Below are positions 20,875-30,887 of a stretch of DNA of 64,000 bases, in pieces (the first letter of the stretch is position 1; every line of letters begins with the position of its first letter). The stretch is from contig CAWCVB010000006.1 of assembly GCA_963798915.1 (NCBI GenBank), positions 150,856-214,855 of the forward strand, written 5' to 3'. A model generated the notes under the pieces. The model worked only from the letters and a program-made list of their open reading frames with translations, was not told the DNA's origin and made no database searches. The translations under genes and the position numbers were made by a program. Source of the DNA: an uncultured Gemmatimonadales bacterium (lineage in GTDB: Bacteria > Gemmatimonadota > Gemmatimonadetes > Gemmatimonadales > GWC2-71-9).

Positions 20875-21812
20875 AGCTCTGCCGGCTGCTGAGCGCGCTC
20901 GCGATCGTGGGCCTGGTGCTGGCCGCGCTGCCGGCATCGGCACATGCCTGGACCCCGGGAACCCACATCTATCTTGGCGAATCGGTACTCGCCAACCTGC
21001 AACTGCTGCCCGGGTCGGTGGCCGACCTGCTGCGCGCCTTTCCGTACGACTTTCTCTACGGCAACATCGCAGCCGATTCCTCCATCGCAAAGAAGTACGC
21101 GCCGGTTGGGCGGCACTGCCACTACTGGCACGTGGGTCAGGAGATCCATGACCTGGCCGATACCGACGCCCTTGGTGCGTTCGGCTGGGGCTACCTCTGC
21201 CACCTCGCTGCCGACACGGTGGCGCACAACTACTTCGTGCCCCGGCAGCTGGTGCTGACCAGCAGCACCTCCTCCGTTGGTCACTCGTACTGGGAGAGCC
21301 GGGTCGAGATGCATGTCGGCGACCACTATGCCGAGGCGGCGCGCGACCTCATTCGCATGGACCATGAACTCGCCGACGCGCACCTGGATCGCATCATCTC
21401 GCCGACCATCTTCAGCGTGCGAACCAATCGTCGCCTGTTTCGGGGCATGGTACATCTGACCAACTCGCCTGGGTGGCAACGGGGCATGCAGGCCGCGCGC
21501 GAGCGCAGTCGCTGGGAGCTGAGCGACGGAGATGTCGAGCAGCACCTGTCGCGATCGGTGGACTACATGATGGAACTGTTGGCGAGCACGGACGCGACGC
21601 CGCGGGGACTGGATCCCTCCGGCGAACGGCCCCTGAAGGTGGCCAAGGAGATTCGACGGGCGACGCTGCGGGAATTCGGTCGCCGAGCCCCTGAGCGGTT
21701 GCGGGAGGCGGCCACGGAGCACTACGGCCTTCCGGCCGGCGAGCTGCGCTATTGGCCCCGTCTGGAGCGACTGCTGCCACGCTCACCGGCTCGCGAGGGT
21801 GGTGCATCATGA
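20871..21812 (+). CDS. Zinc-dependent phospholipase C-like family protein
   Basis: Signal peptide, then AWTPGTHIYLGE.., ..YGNIAAD.., ..GYLCHLAADTVAHNYF His/Asp-rich motifs resembling the Zn-PLC fold. ATGA overlap with the upstream gene. Confidence 0.5.
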   Translation: MKLCRLLSALAIVGLVLAALPASAHAWTPGTHIYLGESVLANLQLLPGSVADLLRAFPYDFLYGNIAADSSIAKKYAPVGRHCHYWHVGQEIHDLADTDALGAFGWGYLCHLAADTVAHNYFVPRQLVLTSSTSSVGHSYWESRVEMHVGDHYAEAARDLIRMDHELADAHLDRIISPTIFSVRTNRRLFRGMVHLTNSPGWQRGMQAARERSRWELSDGDVEQHLSRSVDYMMELLASTDATPRGLDPSGERPLKVAKEIRRATLREFGRRAPERLREAATEHYGLPAGELRYWPRLERLLPRSPAREGGAS

Positions 21813-21816
21813 AGGG

Positions 21817-23067
21817 TCAGAACGGTACGCGTGCGGCCAACGCCGCCACGCCCGACAGCAGCCGGTCGACCTCTTCGGCGGTGCTGTAGCAGGCACAGCC
21901 GGCGCGGACCAGCCCCTGCTGTTCGAGCCCGAGCCGCTGGACGATCGTCGCGGCATAGAAATCACCATCCGAAACAAAGACACCCGTTTTCGCCAGCGCT
22001 CGCGCAACGTCGCCGGACGGCAGGTTGCCGAGCGTGAACCCGATGGTCGGGGTCCGAGGGGCGCTGCCCGGGGCGAAACCATGCAGCCGCACGCCAGCGA
22101 TCCCCGCCAACCCATTCCACATCCGGATAAGCACCGCCTCACCCTGTGCATTGAGCCAGTCATACGTGGCACGGAGCCGTTCCCGCCGGCTGCCAGAGGC
22201 GCCGGTCAAGCCGGCAAGAAAGTCCACCGCGGCGCCAACGCCGGCGATTCCCTCGTGGTTCAAGGTGCCGGTCTCGAAGCGTTCGGGAGATGTGTTCGGC
22301 GCCGGGTCGAGCTTGGGGACGTCCAGCGTCTCGCCCAGCCCCGCGCGCACGAACATGATGCCCACATGGGGGCCATAAAACTTGTACGCGGAGCAGGCCA
22401 GGAGATCGGCTCCAAAGGCCTGAACATCAACCAATTGGTGGGGCGCAAAGTGCACCGCGTCCACGAACAGCAGCGCACCCGCCCGGTGGATTGCCTCGGA
22501 CACGCCGGCGATGTCAGTGATGGTGCCGATCGCATTCGAGGCCGCGCCAAGGGCAACCAGTCGGGTGCGTGGACCCAGCATCTGCTGGAGGGCCTCCAGG
22601 TCAAGGCCCCATCCGCTGGCGGCAAGCGGGACGGTGCGCACGGTGAGCCCATGGTCGCGCGCCGCCGCATGCCAGGGAGCGACGTTCGCGTGATGATCGA
22701 GCTCGGTCACCACGATCTCATCTCCCTGCTTCCACCTGCGCGCCAGCGCCCTCGCGAGATGAAAAGTCAGCGTGGTCATGTTCGCCCCAAAGGCGATTTC
22801 ACCAGGGTGCGCCCCGAGCAGGTCGGCCACCGCCTGCCGCGCCGCCGAGATGATTGCGTCCGTTTCCACGCTGGAGGGAAAGGCCCAATGGGTGTTGGCA
22901 TTGTGGTGCAGCAGGTACTCTCGCACTGCATCGGCAACCACGCCGGGCACCTGGGTACCGCCGGGCGCATCGAAGTAGGCCGCCGGAACGCCTGCGATGA
23001 GCCGCTCGAATGCGGGGAACTGGCGGCGCATCCCTTCGCTGGTGATTGCCGGCCGGGTCGCGGTCAC
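21817..23067 (-). CDS. Class V aminotransferase, cysteine desulfurase-like family protein
   Basis: ..YFDAPGGTQVP.., ..ELDHHANV.., ..DAVHFAPH.., ..CSAYKFYGPH. pattern of the cysteine-desulfurase-like family. GTGA overlap with the gatB stop. Confidence 0.8.
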   Translation of the reverse strand: MTATRPAITSEGMRRQFPAFERLIAGVPAAYFDAPGGTQVPGVVADAVREYLLHHNANTHWAFPSSVETDAIISAARQAVADLLGAHPGEIAFGANMTTLTFHLARALARRWKQGDEIVVTELDHHANVAPWHAAARDHGLTVRTVPLAASGWGLDLEALQQMLGPRTRLVALGAASNAIGTITDIAGVSEAIHRAGALLFVDAVHFAPHQLVDVQAFGADLLACSAYKFYGPHVGIMFVRAGLGETLDVPKLDPAPNTSPERFETGTLNHEGIAGVGAAVDFLAGLTGASGSRRERLRATYDWLNAQGEAVLIRMWNGLAGIAGVRLHGFAPGSAPRTPTIGFTLGNLPSGDVARALAKTGVFVSDGDFYAATIVQRLGLEQQGLVRAGCACYSTAEEVDRLLSGVAALAARVPF

Positions 23068-24482
23068 TTGAGTCGCTCCTGGAGAAGGGGCTGGACGCCC
23101 TTGGGATCTGCCTGACCGCGGCTCTGCTTCATGACCTGACCCACGAAGAAGCCCATCAGCTTGGTTTCACCACCGCGATAACGGGCGACTTCATCAGGAT
23201 GGCGCGCGAGCACTTCAGCCACCCATCCGGCCAGCGCGTCTTCATCCTGCACCTGCACCACGCCAAGCCGTTCTGCCAGCTCCATGGGCGAATCGTCGCG
23301 TTCGCGAAGCTCGGCAAAAATGCGCTTGGCCGCCTGGAGACTCAGGGTCCCGGCGCGCTCGAGCGCCACGAGTTCCGCCAGCCGCGCTGCCGCGACGGGA
23401 AAGCCGCCGGTCTCGTTCCATGCCGTCATGACTTCCCCGGTCACCCAATTGGCAGCGACCCGCCCCTCGACACCCGCCTCGACCAAGGCCTCGAAGTAGT
23501 CCGCAAGGGCCCGCTCGCCGCTCACCACGGCCGCATGGTATGCGGAAAGCCCCTGGTCCTGCTCCAGGCGCTGGCGCCTGGCGTCGGGCAGTTCGGGAAG
23601 AGCCGCGCGCTGGCGATTGACCCAGCCCTCGTCCACCACCAGGGGGGGCAGGTCCGGCTCGGCGAAGTAGCGATAATCGTGGCTCTCCTCCTTGGAGCGC
23701 ATCGGATGAACGCTGCCTCGGGCGGCATCGAACAGCAGCGTCACCTGTCGGACAGGTTCCCCGCTCTCGAGCAGTGCCACCTGCCTGGCGAATTCGGCAT
23801 TCAATGCGCGTTCGACGTTGGCGAAGCTGTTCATGTTCTTGATCTCGGTCTTCACGCCCAGCGCGCTGTCGCCAGCCGGACGCACCGACAGGTTGGCGTC
23901 CACCCGCAGGCTCCCCTGCTCCATGCTGCAATCGCTGGCGCCGGTGTACAGGAGTATCTGGCGCAGCGTAGCCAGCCAGGCGCGCGCCTCGGCTGGGCTC
24001 CTGAGGTCCGGCCCGCCCACGATTTCCGCGAGCGGCACGCCGGCCCGGTTCAGGTCCACCGCCGTCCGGCCCGGGATCCGGTCGTGAAGCGACTTGCCCG
24101 CATCTTCCTCCACATGCAGCCGCTGGATGTGCACCTCCACCCGGCCCCGCTCCGGAGAGTCGAAGGCCACGCCACCGTCAGTCGCCAACGGCTGGTCGTA
24201 CTGCGAGATCTGGTAGCCCTTGGGCAGGTCGGGATAGAAATAGTTCTTCCGCGCGAACACGCTCCGGTAGTGGACGGTGCATCCCAGCGCGAGCGCGGCT
24301 CGCGCCGCGAGCTCGAGGGCATGCCCGTTCACCACCGGCAATGCCCCGGGCAGGCCCAGACAAACGGGGCACACATTAGTGTTGGGCGGATCGCCGAACG
24401 ACGTGGAGCACGAGCAGTACATCTTGCTGGCCGTCTTGAGCTGCATGTGCACTTCGAGGCCGATCACGCTTTCCCAGCTCAT
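23064..24482 (-). CDS. gatB: Asp/Glu-tRNA(Asn/Gln) amidotransferase subunit B
   Basis: MSWESVIGLEVHMQLKT..K.YCSC and full-length GatB. Trimmed from the track ORF (24650) to ATG 24482, which overlaps the gatA stop (ATGA). Confidence 0.93.
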   Translation of the reverse strand: MSWESVIGLEVHMQLKTASKMYCSCSTSFGDPPNTNVCPVCLGLPGALPVVNGHALELAARAALALGCTVHYRSVFARKNYFYPDLPKGYQISQYDQPLATDGGVAFDSPERGRVEVHIQRLHVEEDAGKSLHDRIPGRTAVDLNRAGVPLAEIVGGPDLRSPAEARAWLATLRQILLYTGASDCSMEQGSLRVDANLSVRPAGDSALGVKTEIKNMNSFANVERALNAEFARQVALLESGEPVRQVTLLFDAARGSVHPMRSKEESHDYRYFAEPDLPPLVVDEGWVNRQRAALPELPDARRQRLEQDQGLSAYHAAVVSGERALADYFEALVEAGVEGRVAANWVTGEVMTAWNETGGFPVAAARLAELVALERAGTLSLQAAKRIFAELRERDDSPMELAERLGVVQVQDEDALAGWVAEVLARHPDEVARYRGGETKLMGFFVGQVMKQSRGQADPKGVQPLLQERLK

Positions 24483-25873
24483 CAGCGGACCTCCGCCGCA
24501 GCGTCCAGCCTGGACTCCATCGCCAGCGCGACCTCGAGCATTGACTCGTCCGCACCTAGCGGCGCCATGAGTTGCACCCCCACTGGAAGTCCCTCGCTCC
24601 GTCCGGCCGGCAGGCTGATGGCGGGGATGCCCGCCAGGTTGGCCGGACACACAAAAACATCCGCCTGGTACATCGCCACCGGGTCGGCGGTCTTCTCACC
24701 CGCCTTGAAGGCGGGCGTCGGCGTGGTCGGCGTCAGGAGGACATCAATCCCGCCCGCAAAGACGCGCCGGAAGTCATTGGCGATCAGCGATCGCACCCGC
24801 TGGGCCTTGCCGTAATAGGCCTCATGGTACCCGGCACTGAGAACGTATGTCCCGATGAGGATTCGCCGGCGGACTTCCGCCCCGAAACCGGCGCCGCGGG
24901 TGGCGCGATAGAGTGAGCGCATGTCGTTGCCGGGACCGCTGCGCCGCACGCCATAGCGGACGCCATCGAAGCGGGCCAGGTTGGCTGACGCTTCTGCGGG
25001 CGCGATGACATAGTACGCCGGCACGGCGTGGGGCGCGTGCGGCAGCGAAACGTCCACCAGTTCCGCGCCAAGATCACGGAGCGCCTGCCGCGCCTTCACC
25101 AGTCCTGCAGCGACGCCCGGATGCAGGTCATCGGGAAAAAACTCGACCGGCATTCCGACGCGGAGCCCTTGCAGGCTCGGCCGTCCGCCAGGTGCCACGA
25201 TTGGCGGCTGCGCCAGCGTGGTGGAGTCCTGCGGGTCGGGTCCGCTGATTGCCTGAAGCAGGCGAGCGGCATCGCCAACCGTCCGTCCAAACGGCGAGAC
25301 AGCGTCGAGCGACGAACCGAAGGCCACAAGACCGTAGCGACTCACCCGCCCGTAGCTCGGCTTGATACCCACCACGCCGCAGAAAGCCGCCGGCTGGCGC
25401 ACCGATCCGCCGGTCTCCGAGCCAAGCGCCGCCGGAACGACACCAGCAGCGACCAGCGCTGCCGAACCGCCAGACGAACCGCCGGGAACCCGCTCGGCAT
25501 CGTCGGGGTGCATGACACGGCCGAATGCTGAGTGTTCGGTGGACGAGCCCATGGCGAATTCATCGAGATTCGCCTTGCAGGCTACCAGCCCACCGGCCGC
25601 TCGCAGACGACGGATCACGGTGGCATCGTACGGCGAGGTGAAGCCCTCAAGCATCCTGGAGGCGCATGTCGTGGGCTGCTGCACCGTCACGATGTTGTCC
25701 TTGACCGCGACCGGCACGCCATAGAGCGGACGCGTCCTGGCATCCCCCAGCGCATCCGCCGAGCGAGCCTCGGCGTCCAGCAGCTCGGCGGACCAGTGCA
25801 GCACGGCATTCAGCCCGGCAGCTGACTCGAGTCGGCGGGCCGTCGCCGTGGCCGCAGCGCGGGCGCCGCTCAT
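24482..25873 (-). CDS. gatA: Glu-tRNA(Gln) amidotransferase subunit A
   Basis: Amidase signature GGSSGGSAALVAAG... and full-length GatA similarity. Confidence 0.93.
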   Translation of the reverse strand: MSGARAAATATARRLESAAGLNAVLHWSAELLDAEARSADALGDARTRPLYGVPVAVKDNIVTVQQPTTCASRMLEGFTSPYDATVIRRLRAAGGLVACKANLDEFAMGSSTEHSAFGRVMHPDDAERVPGGSSGGSAALVAAGVVPAALGSETGGSVRQPAAFCGVVGIKPSYGRVSRYGLVAFGSSLDAVSPFGRTVGDAARLLQAISGPDPQDSTTLAQPPIVAPGGRPSLQGLRVGMPVEFFPDDLHPGVAAGLVKARQALRDLGAELVDVSLPHAPHAVPAYYVIAPAEASANLARFDGVRYGVRRSGPGNDMRSLYRATRGAGFGAEVRRRILIGTYVLSAGYHEAYYGKAQRVRSLIANDFRRVFAGGIDVLLTPTTPTPAFKAGEKTADPVAMYQADVFVCPANLAGIPAISLPAGRSEGLPVGVQLMAPLGADESMLEVALAMESRLDAAAEVR

Positions 25874-26172
25874 GGATCTTCCTCGAGAGCGCCGCGAAGC
25901 GGAACGGCGAACAATCCGTCCACGAACTCCGGCGCCATCTCGGCCACCGGGTGCGCCAGCGAGGCGGGGCGCACCTCATCCTCGCGGAGCGGACAGGCAG
26001 CCGGCCCCGCGATGAAGGGCTCCGATCCGGCATCATCGGTCACCTCGTTCAATCGTTCCACGAACATCACGATCCGTTCCAGCTGACCAGTGAGCTCAAC
26101 CAGCTCCCGCTCGTCGATGGCCAGCTCAGCCAGCCTGGCCATCCGGGCGATGTCGTCCCGCGATATGCTCAT
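25870..26172 (-). CDS. gatC: Asp/Glu-tRNA amidotransferase subunit C
   Basis: MSISRDDIARMARLAELAIDE.E...L...L..I..FVE.L. ATG 26172 overlaps the pcrA stop (ATGA). Confidence 0.85.
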   Translation of the reverse strand: MSISRDDIARMARLAELAIDERELVELTGQLERIVMFVERLNEVTDDAGSEPFIAGPAACPLREDEVRPASLAHPVAEMAPEFVDGLFAVPLRGALEEDP

Positions 26173-28427
26173 GCGCTCTCCCACTCTCGTTCCAGGCCGG
26201 CATACGCCACCAGCAACTCCTTGGTGCCAACTTCCTGGTCGTCAAACGCCACGCTCACCTTGAGGTCGCGCCCGGCGCCGCGCAGGCCGCGAATGGTGCC
26301 GGATCCGAACCGGCGATGCCGGACGCGCTCACCCTTGACGTAGCGTGGAGCATCCTGCGAGGCCTCCTCCACCGCCGGCACGGCTGCCGCCGCGCGTGAC
26401 TGCTGGCGGGTCCAGGAGCGGCCCGGTGCCGCCCGGCCTGGGCCAGCATTCCACCCTGGCGCCCAGAGCGCGGAGGTGCGCTGTTCGTCTACCACCTCGG
26501 GCGGCACCGCCTTGAGAAAGCGCGAGGGCGCGCCAGGACGCAGCTCGCCGCCGCGCCGGCGGGCACGCGCCCATGAGAGGTACAGCTTGTCCTTGGCGCG
26601 CGTGAGGCCCACGTACGCGAGGCGCCGCTCTTCCTCCAGGCCCTCGAGTTGCTCCAACGAGCGACCCAGCGGGAACAGGCCCTCCTCCAATCCCGCGATC
26701 ACCACCACTGGCCACTCGAGTCCCTTGGCCGTGTGCAGGGTCATCAGGGTGACGCCGCGCTCGTCACCGGCAATCGTGTCGTTGGCCGATACCAGGGCTG
26801 CTTCGGACAGGAAACGCCCCAGTGGAGTGCCTTCCTCCTCGGGCGAAACGACTTCGGACCAGTTGGCAGCGCTGGCCACCAGCTCCCGCACATTGTCCCA
26901 ACGGTCGAGCCCCTCCGGTCCCTCGGCTCGCAACCAGGCCTCATAGTCCGTGATCCGGATGATTTCCTCCAGCAGCTGCGCCGGGGTCCATACGGCGGCA
27001 ACGTCATGCAGCCGCGCCATCGCTGCTGCGAAGTCACGCAGTGCATTGCGCACATTGGGCCGCAGGTCCGCAACCGCATCGGCACGCGCGGCAGCCTCCA
27101 GCAGTGGCCGGCCCCATGCGGAGGCCTGCGCCACCAGCGCCGCAAGGCTGGAGTCGCCGATGCCGCGCTTGGGGGTGTTGATGGCGCGAAGAAATGCTTC
27201 GTCGTCACTGGGATTCGCCACCAGCCGGAGATAGGCCAGGAGATCCCTGACCTCGCGCCGGGCATAGAAACTGGTGGCGCCGATGATCCGGTAGGGCACG
27301 CCGCTTCGCCTGAATGCCTCCTCAAAGGCCCGCGACTGCGCATTTGTTCGATACAGGATTGCCATCTCGTCATAGGCCCAATCGGCGGCACTCTGGCGCC
27401 GCACCAGCTCACGCACCACCCACTCGGCTTCGTCACGCTCATCGGCCGCCGCCACCAGCGTGAGCATTTCGCCGCCCTGCCGGTTGGTGCGCAGGACCTT
27501 GCCGATCCGCCCCGCATTTTCGCCAATCACACCGTTCGCCGCGTCCAGCACCAGACTGGTCGAGCGATAATTCTCCTCCAGGCGCACCAGCCGCGCGCCA
27601 GCGAAATCCTCCTGAAACTGGCGCATGTTGCGCACGTCCGCGCCGCGCCAGCCGTAGATGCTCTGGTCGTCGTCCCCGACGGCGGCGATGTTCCCGTGGT
27701 GCCCGAGCAAGCGGATCAGCTGGTACTGCGCCTTGTTGGTATCCTGGAATTCGTCCACCAGGACGAACTGGAACTTGTGCCGATAGTAGTCCAGCCGGTC
27801 CGGATGCTCCCGGAACAATTGCAGCGGAAGCAGCAGCAGGTCGTCGAATTCCATTGCATTGGCCGCTCGCAACGCCGGACCCATCGCCTCCATCACGTCG
27901 GCAGCCACCTGCGCCAGGCGGTCAAATGGTGACTCGCTCCGGAGCTGCTCCGCTGATTGCATCCGGTTGCGGGCACCTGACACGATCGACTGCACGACCT
28001 TGGGCGTGAATGTGCGGGGCGAATGCCCGCCCTGCTCGAGCAGGCGCTTGACCAGTGCCACCGAGTCGGCCTGGTCGTAGATGCTGAACTGGCGGGTGAA
28101 GCCGAGGAGCTCCGCGTCCCGGCGAAGCATCCGGGCGCCGAGGGCATGAAACGTCCCGATCCAGAGCCCCGAGGGATCCCGCTGGAGCAGACGGCCGATG
28201 CGCTCCTTCATTTCGCCGGCAGCCTTGTTGGTGAAGGTCACCGCGAAAATCCGGTCGGGCGGCACGCCATGCCGCTCGATGAGATTGGCGATCCGGGTCG
28301 TGAGAACGCGCGTCTTGCCCGAGCCGGCACCGGCCAGGACCAGCAGAGGTCCGTGGACGTGTTCCACCGCCTCGGCCTGTGCCGGATTCAGCGCCTGGAA
28401 CCACTCCGATCGTGCTTCGTGCGTCAT
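26169..28427 (-). CDS. pcrA: ATP-dependent DNA helicase, UvrD/PcrA family
   Basis: LNPAQAEAV.., GPLLVLAGAGSGKTRVLT, VDEFQDTN and C-terminal helicase motifs. Trimmed to ATG 28427, which overlaps the kinase stop. Confidence 0.9.
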   Translation of the reverse strand: MTHEARSEWFQALNPAQAEAVEHVHGPLLVLAGAGSGKTRVLTTRIANLIERHGVPPDRIFAVTFTNKAAGEMKERIGRLLQRDPSGLWIGTFHALGARMLRRDAELLGFTRQFSIYDQADSVALVKRLLEQGGHSPRTFTPKVVQSIVSGARNRMQSAEQLRSESPFDRLAQVAADVMEAMGPALRAANAMEFDDLLLLPLQLFREHPDRLDYYRHKFQFVLVDEFQDTNKAQYQLIRLLGHHGNIAAVGDDDQSIYGWRGADVRNMRQFQEDFAGARLVRLEENYRSTSLVLDAANGVIGENAGRIGKVLRTNRQGGEMLTLVAAADERDEAEWVVRELVRRQSAADWAYDEMAILYRTNAQSRAFEEAFRRSGVPYRIIGATSFYARREVRDLLAYLRLVANPSDDEAFLRAINTPKRGIGDSSLAALVAQASAWGRPLLEAAARADAVADLRPNVRNALRDFAAAMARLHDVAAVWTPAQLLEEIIRITDYEAWLRAEGPEGLDRWDNVRELVASAANWSEVVSPEEEGTPLGRFLSEAALVSANDTIAGDERGVTLMTLHTAKGLEWPVVVIAGLEEGLFPLGRSLEQLEGLEEERRLAYVGLTRAKDKLYLSWARARRRGGELRPGAPSRFLKAVPPEVVDEQRTSALWAPGWNAGPGRAAPGRSWTRQQSRAAAAVPAVEEASQDAPRYVKGERVRHRRFGSGTIRGLRGAGRDLKVSVAFDDQEVGTKELLVAYAGLEREWESA

Positions 28428-29605
28428 GACTTCTTTTCCGACAGGGGAAGCCGCATTACGAAAGTGGCGCCACGCTCCCCCGGTTCCAGTACCAATTCTC
28501 CGCCATGGGCATCCTCGACAACGCGGCGTGCCAGCGCCAGTCCGATGCCCCACCCGCCCTGCTTGCTGCTGGCACCCGGCTCGAACAGCCGCCTCCGCAT
28601 CTCGCGAGTGACGCCGGGGCCGTCGTCGATCACCCTCAGCTCAGCGCGCGCGTGATCCGCGCCGACCCGGAGCGTAATGGTTCCCTGGCGGCCGTGCAGC
28701 GCGTCGATTGCGTTCTTGACCAGCGCCTCCAGGGTCCACTCCAGCAGGACCGGATCGCCGATAATGATTGGACCAGCGCTCGGCGCATCGACTCGCAGGG
28801 TGATGGGATTGGCATGACGCGGCAATCGGGGCCTGAAGTATTCGGCCACGCGCGCGGCGAGCGCCCCGAGGCCGACGGGCTCGCGCCGGGCCGGGTTGCC
28901 AATGCGCTCAAAGCGCCTGGCAACGCGCTCCAGCCTTTCCGCGTCAGCCGCCAGATGCTCGGCAAGCTCAGGTGGTGGTGACGGGCGCCCGCGAAGCGAC
29001 TCGATCCAGCCCTGCAGGCTCATCAAGGGGGTGCCAAGCTGGTGGGCCGCTTCGCGGGCCATCGCGACCCAGAGCCGGTCACGCTGGGCGCTCATGCCGC
29101 TACGATACGCGAAGGCGGCGACGGCCACCATCATGAGGATGATGAATGCCTGCAGCACGGCCAACCCGGTCAGCTGGCCCTTGGCCGGCAGCGGGCCGTA
29201 ATGGATTTCCTGACCGCTCAGCGAATCCCGGAGCGGCGCATTGCTCGCGTCGAGCCCGGCGACGTAGCGTTGGATTCGTGAATCCCCGAGCGGCAACTCG
29301 CGCAGGGCCCCAGGCAGGTTGTCGGCCGCAGTGACGACGCCGGACGAGTCGGTGACCACCAGTGGCATCCCGAGATGCCGGACCTGCTCGCCCAACCGCA
29401 GCAGCGCATCGGCTTCGCCCCCGGGCTGCGAACTGTTCAAGCCCGAATACACACCGGAATAGAGGCGGCTCATCGAGCGCGCATCCTCACCGAAGTGCCG
29501 CGCGACAAGGAAGGCGGTGCCCAGACTCAGGCCGGCGAGGAGCGCCACCAGCAACACCGCGGCCGTTGGCGCCAGCCGACCGGCGGGGCGCCTCGCGTCA
29601 GGCAC
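28424..29605 (-). CDS. Sensor histidine kinase (two TM segments, periplasmic loop, HisKA + HATPase_c)
   Basis: H-box REAAHQLGTPLMSLQGW and an ATPase domain with ..LVKNAIDA.., DDGPGV, GGWGIGLALA. Proposed start is GTG 29605 (8 nt overlap with serS); the track start is 29668. Confidence 0.8.
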   Translation of the reverse strand: MPDARRPAGRLAPTAAVLLVALLAGLSLGTAFLVARHFGEDARSMSRLYSGVYSGLNSSQPGGEADALLRLGEQVRHLGMPLVVTDSSGVVTAADNLPGALRELPLGDSRIQRYVAGLDASNAPLRDSLSGQEIHYGPLPAKGQLTGLAVLQAFIILMMVAVAAFAYRSGMSAQRDRLWVAMAREAAHQLGTPLMSLQGWIESLRGRPSPPPELAEHLAADAERLERVARRFERIGNPARREPVGLGALAARVAEYFRPRLPRHANPITLRVDAPSAGPIIIGDPVLLEWTLEALVKNAIDALHGRQGTITLRVGADHARAELRVIDDGPGVTREMRRRLFEPGASSKQGGWGIGLALARRVVEDAHGGELVLEPGERGATFVMRLPLSEKKS

Positions 29606-30881
29606 GTGGCACGAGGCGGTCCATGCCCAGGTAGGGCACCAGCGCCTCGGGGATCCGGATCGAGCCATCGCGCTGCTGATTGTTTTCGAGCAGTGCGATG
29701 ATGGTCCGCGGGAAGGCCACGCCGGAGGCGTTGAGCGTGTGGACGAACTCGGGACGGGCGCCGGGCTCCGGCCGGAAGCGGATATTGGCGCGGCGAGCCT
29801 GAAAGTCGGTGAAAGTGCTGGCGCTGGATGCCTCGAGCCAGGTCCCCACGCCCTCGGCCCAGACTTCCAGGTCGTACGTGCGCGCTGCCGCGAACCCGGT
29901 ATCGCCTGCAGCGAGTTCGAGCACTCGATAGGGCAAACCGAGGGCCTGGAGGACGGCCTCAGCGTGCCCGGTCAGGATGATGTGCTCCGCGTCGGAGTGC
30001 TCGGGTCGGACCAGGCGCACCAGCTCCACCTTGTCGAACTGGTGGACCCGGATCAGCCCACGCGTATCCTTCCCGTGAGCGCCGGCCTCGCGCCGGAAGC
30101 ACGGCGTATAGGCCACGAAGCCCGCCGGCAGTGCCTCGGCATCCAGGATTTCATCACGATAGAGGTTGGTGACCGGTACTTCGGCGGTCGGTATCAGGAA
30201 GAAATCGTCGTCCGCGGTGCGGTAAAGATCATCCTCGAATTTGGGCAGTTGGCCCGTGCCGGTCAGTGATGCACGATTGACCAGATAAGGCGGGGCGATT
30301 TCGAGGTAGCCATGCTCCCGGACATGCAGGTCGAGCATGAAGTTGGCAAGCGCCCGCACCAGCCTGGCCCCCGCGCCTGCAAAGAGCGGGAAACCGGAGC
30401 CGGTCAGCTTGGCCCCGCGGACCAGGTCGAGGATGCCGAGGTCGGCCGCAAGGTCCCAATGCGGGCGTGGAACGAAGTCGAGGACTGGCCGTTCTCCCCA
30501 TTCGCGAACGACGCGATTGGCCGACGCGGGGCCGTCTGGCACGTCGGGATGGGGCAGGTTGGGCACACGCAGCAGCGCAGCCTCGAGCTGTTCATCGATC
30601 TGCCGCACGTCGGCATCGAGGGCCTTCACTTCCTCGCTCGAGGCCTTGAGCCTGGCGAGCAGGGTCTCCGCCGGCTCGCCAGCTTGCTTGAGTCGCGCTA
30701 CCTCCGCGCTCGACGCGTTCCGTTCAGCCTTGAGCGCCTCCACGCGGGTCAGCAGTTCCCGCCGGCGCTGGTCAAGACCAAGTACCGCATCCAGGGCGGC
30801 ATCCAGCGCACTATCGCCGCGGCGGGCCAGCGCGGCGCGGTAACGCTCCGGCTCCTGCCGAAGTCGCTTGATGTCAAGCAT
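29598..30881 (-). CDS. serS: Serine--tRNA ligase
   Basis: MLDIKRLRQEPE.. coiled-coil arm, then class II motifs (..FRRE.G..G.DTRGL.RVHQF.KVE.). Confidence 0.95.
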   Translation of the reverse strand: MLDIKRLRQEPERYRAALARRGDSALDAALDAVLGLDQRRRELLTRVEALKAERNASSAEVARLKQAGEPAETLLARLKASSEEVKALDADVRQIDEQLEAALLRVPNLPHPDVPDGPASANRVVREWGERPVLDFVPRPHWDLAADLGILDLVRGAKLTGSGFPLFAGAGARLVRALANFMLDLHVREHGYLEIAPPYLVNRASLTGTGQLPKFEDDLYRTADDDFFLIPTAEVPVTNLYRDEILDAEALPAGFVAYTPCFRREAGAHGKDTRGLIRVHQFDKVELVRLVRPEHSDAEHIILTGHAEAVLQALGLPYRVLELAAGDTGFAAARTYDLEVWAEGVGTWLEASSASTFTDFQARRANIRFRPEPGARPEFVHTLNASGVAFPRTIIALLENNQQRDGSIRIPEALVPYLGMDRLVPRA

Positions 30882-30887
30882 GCGACT

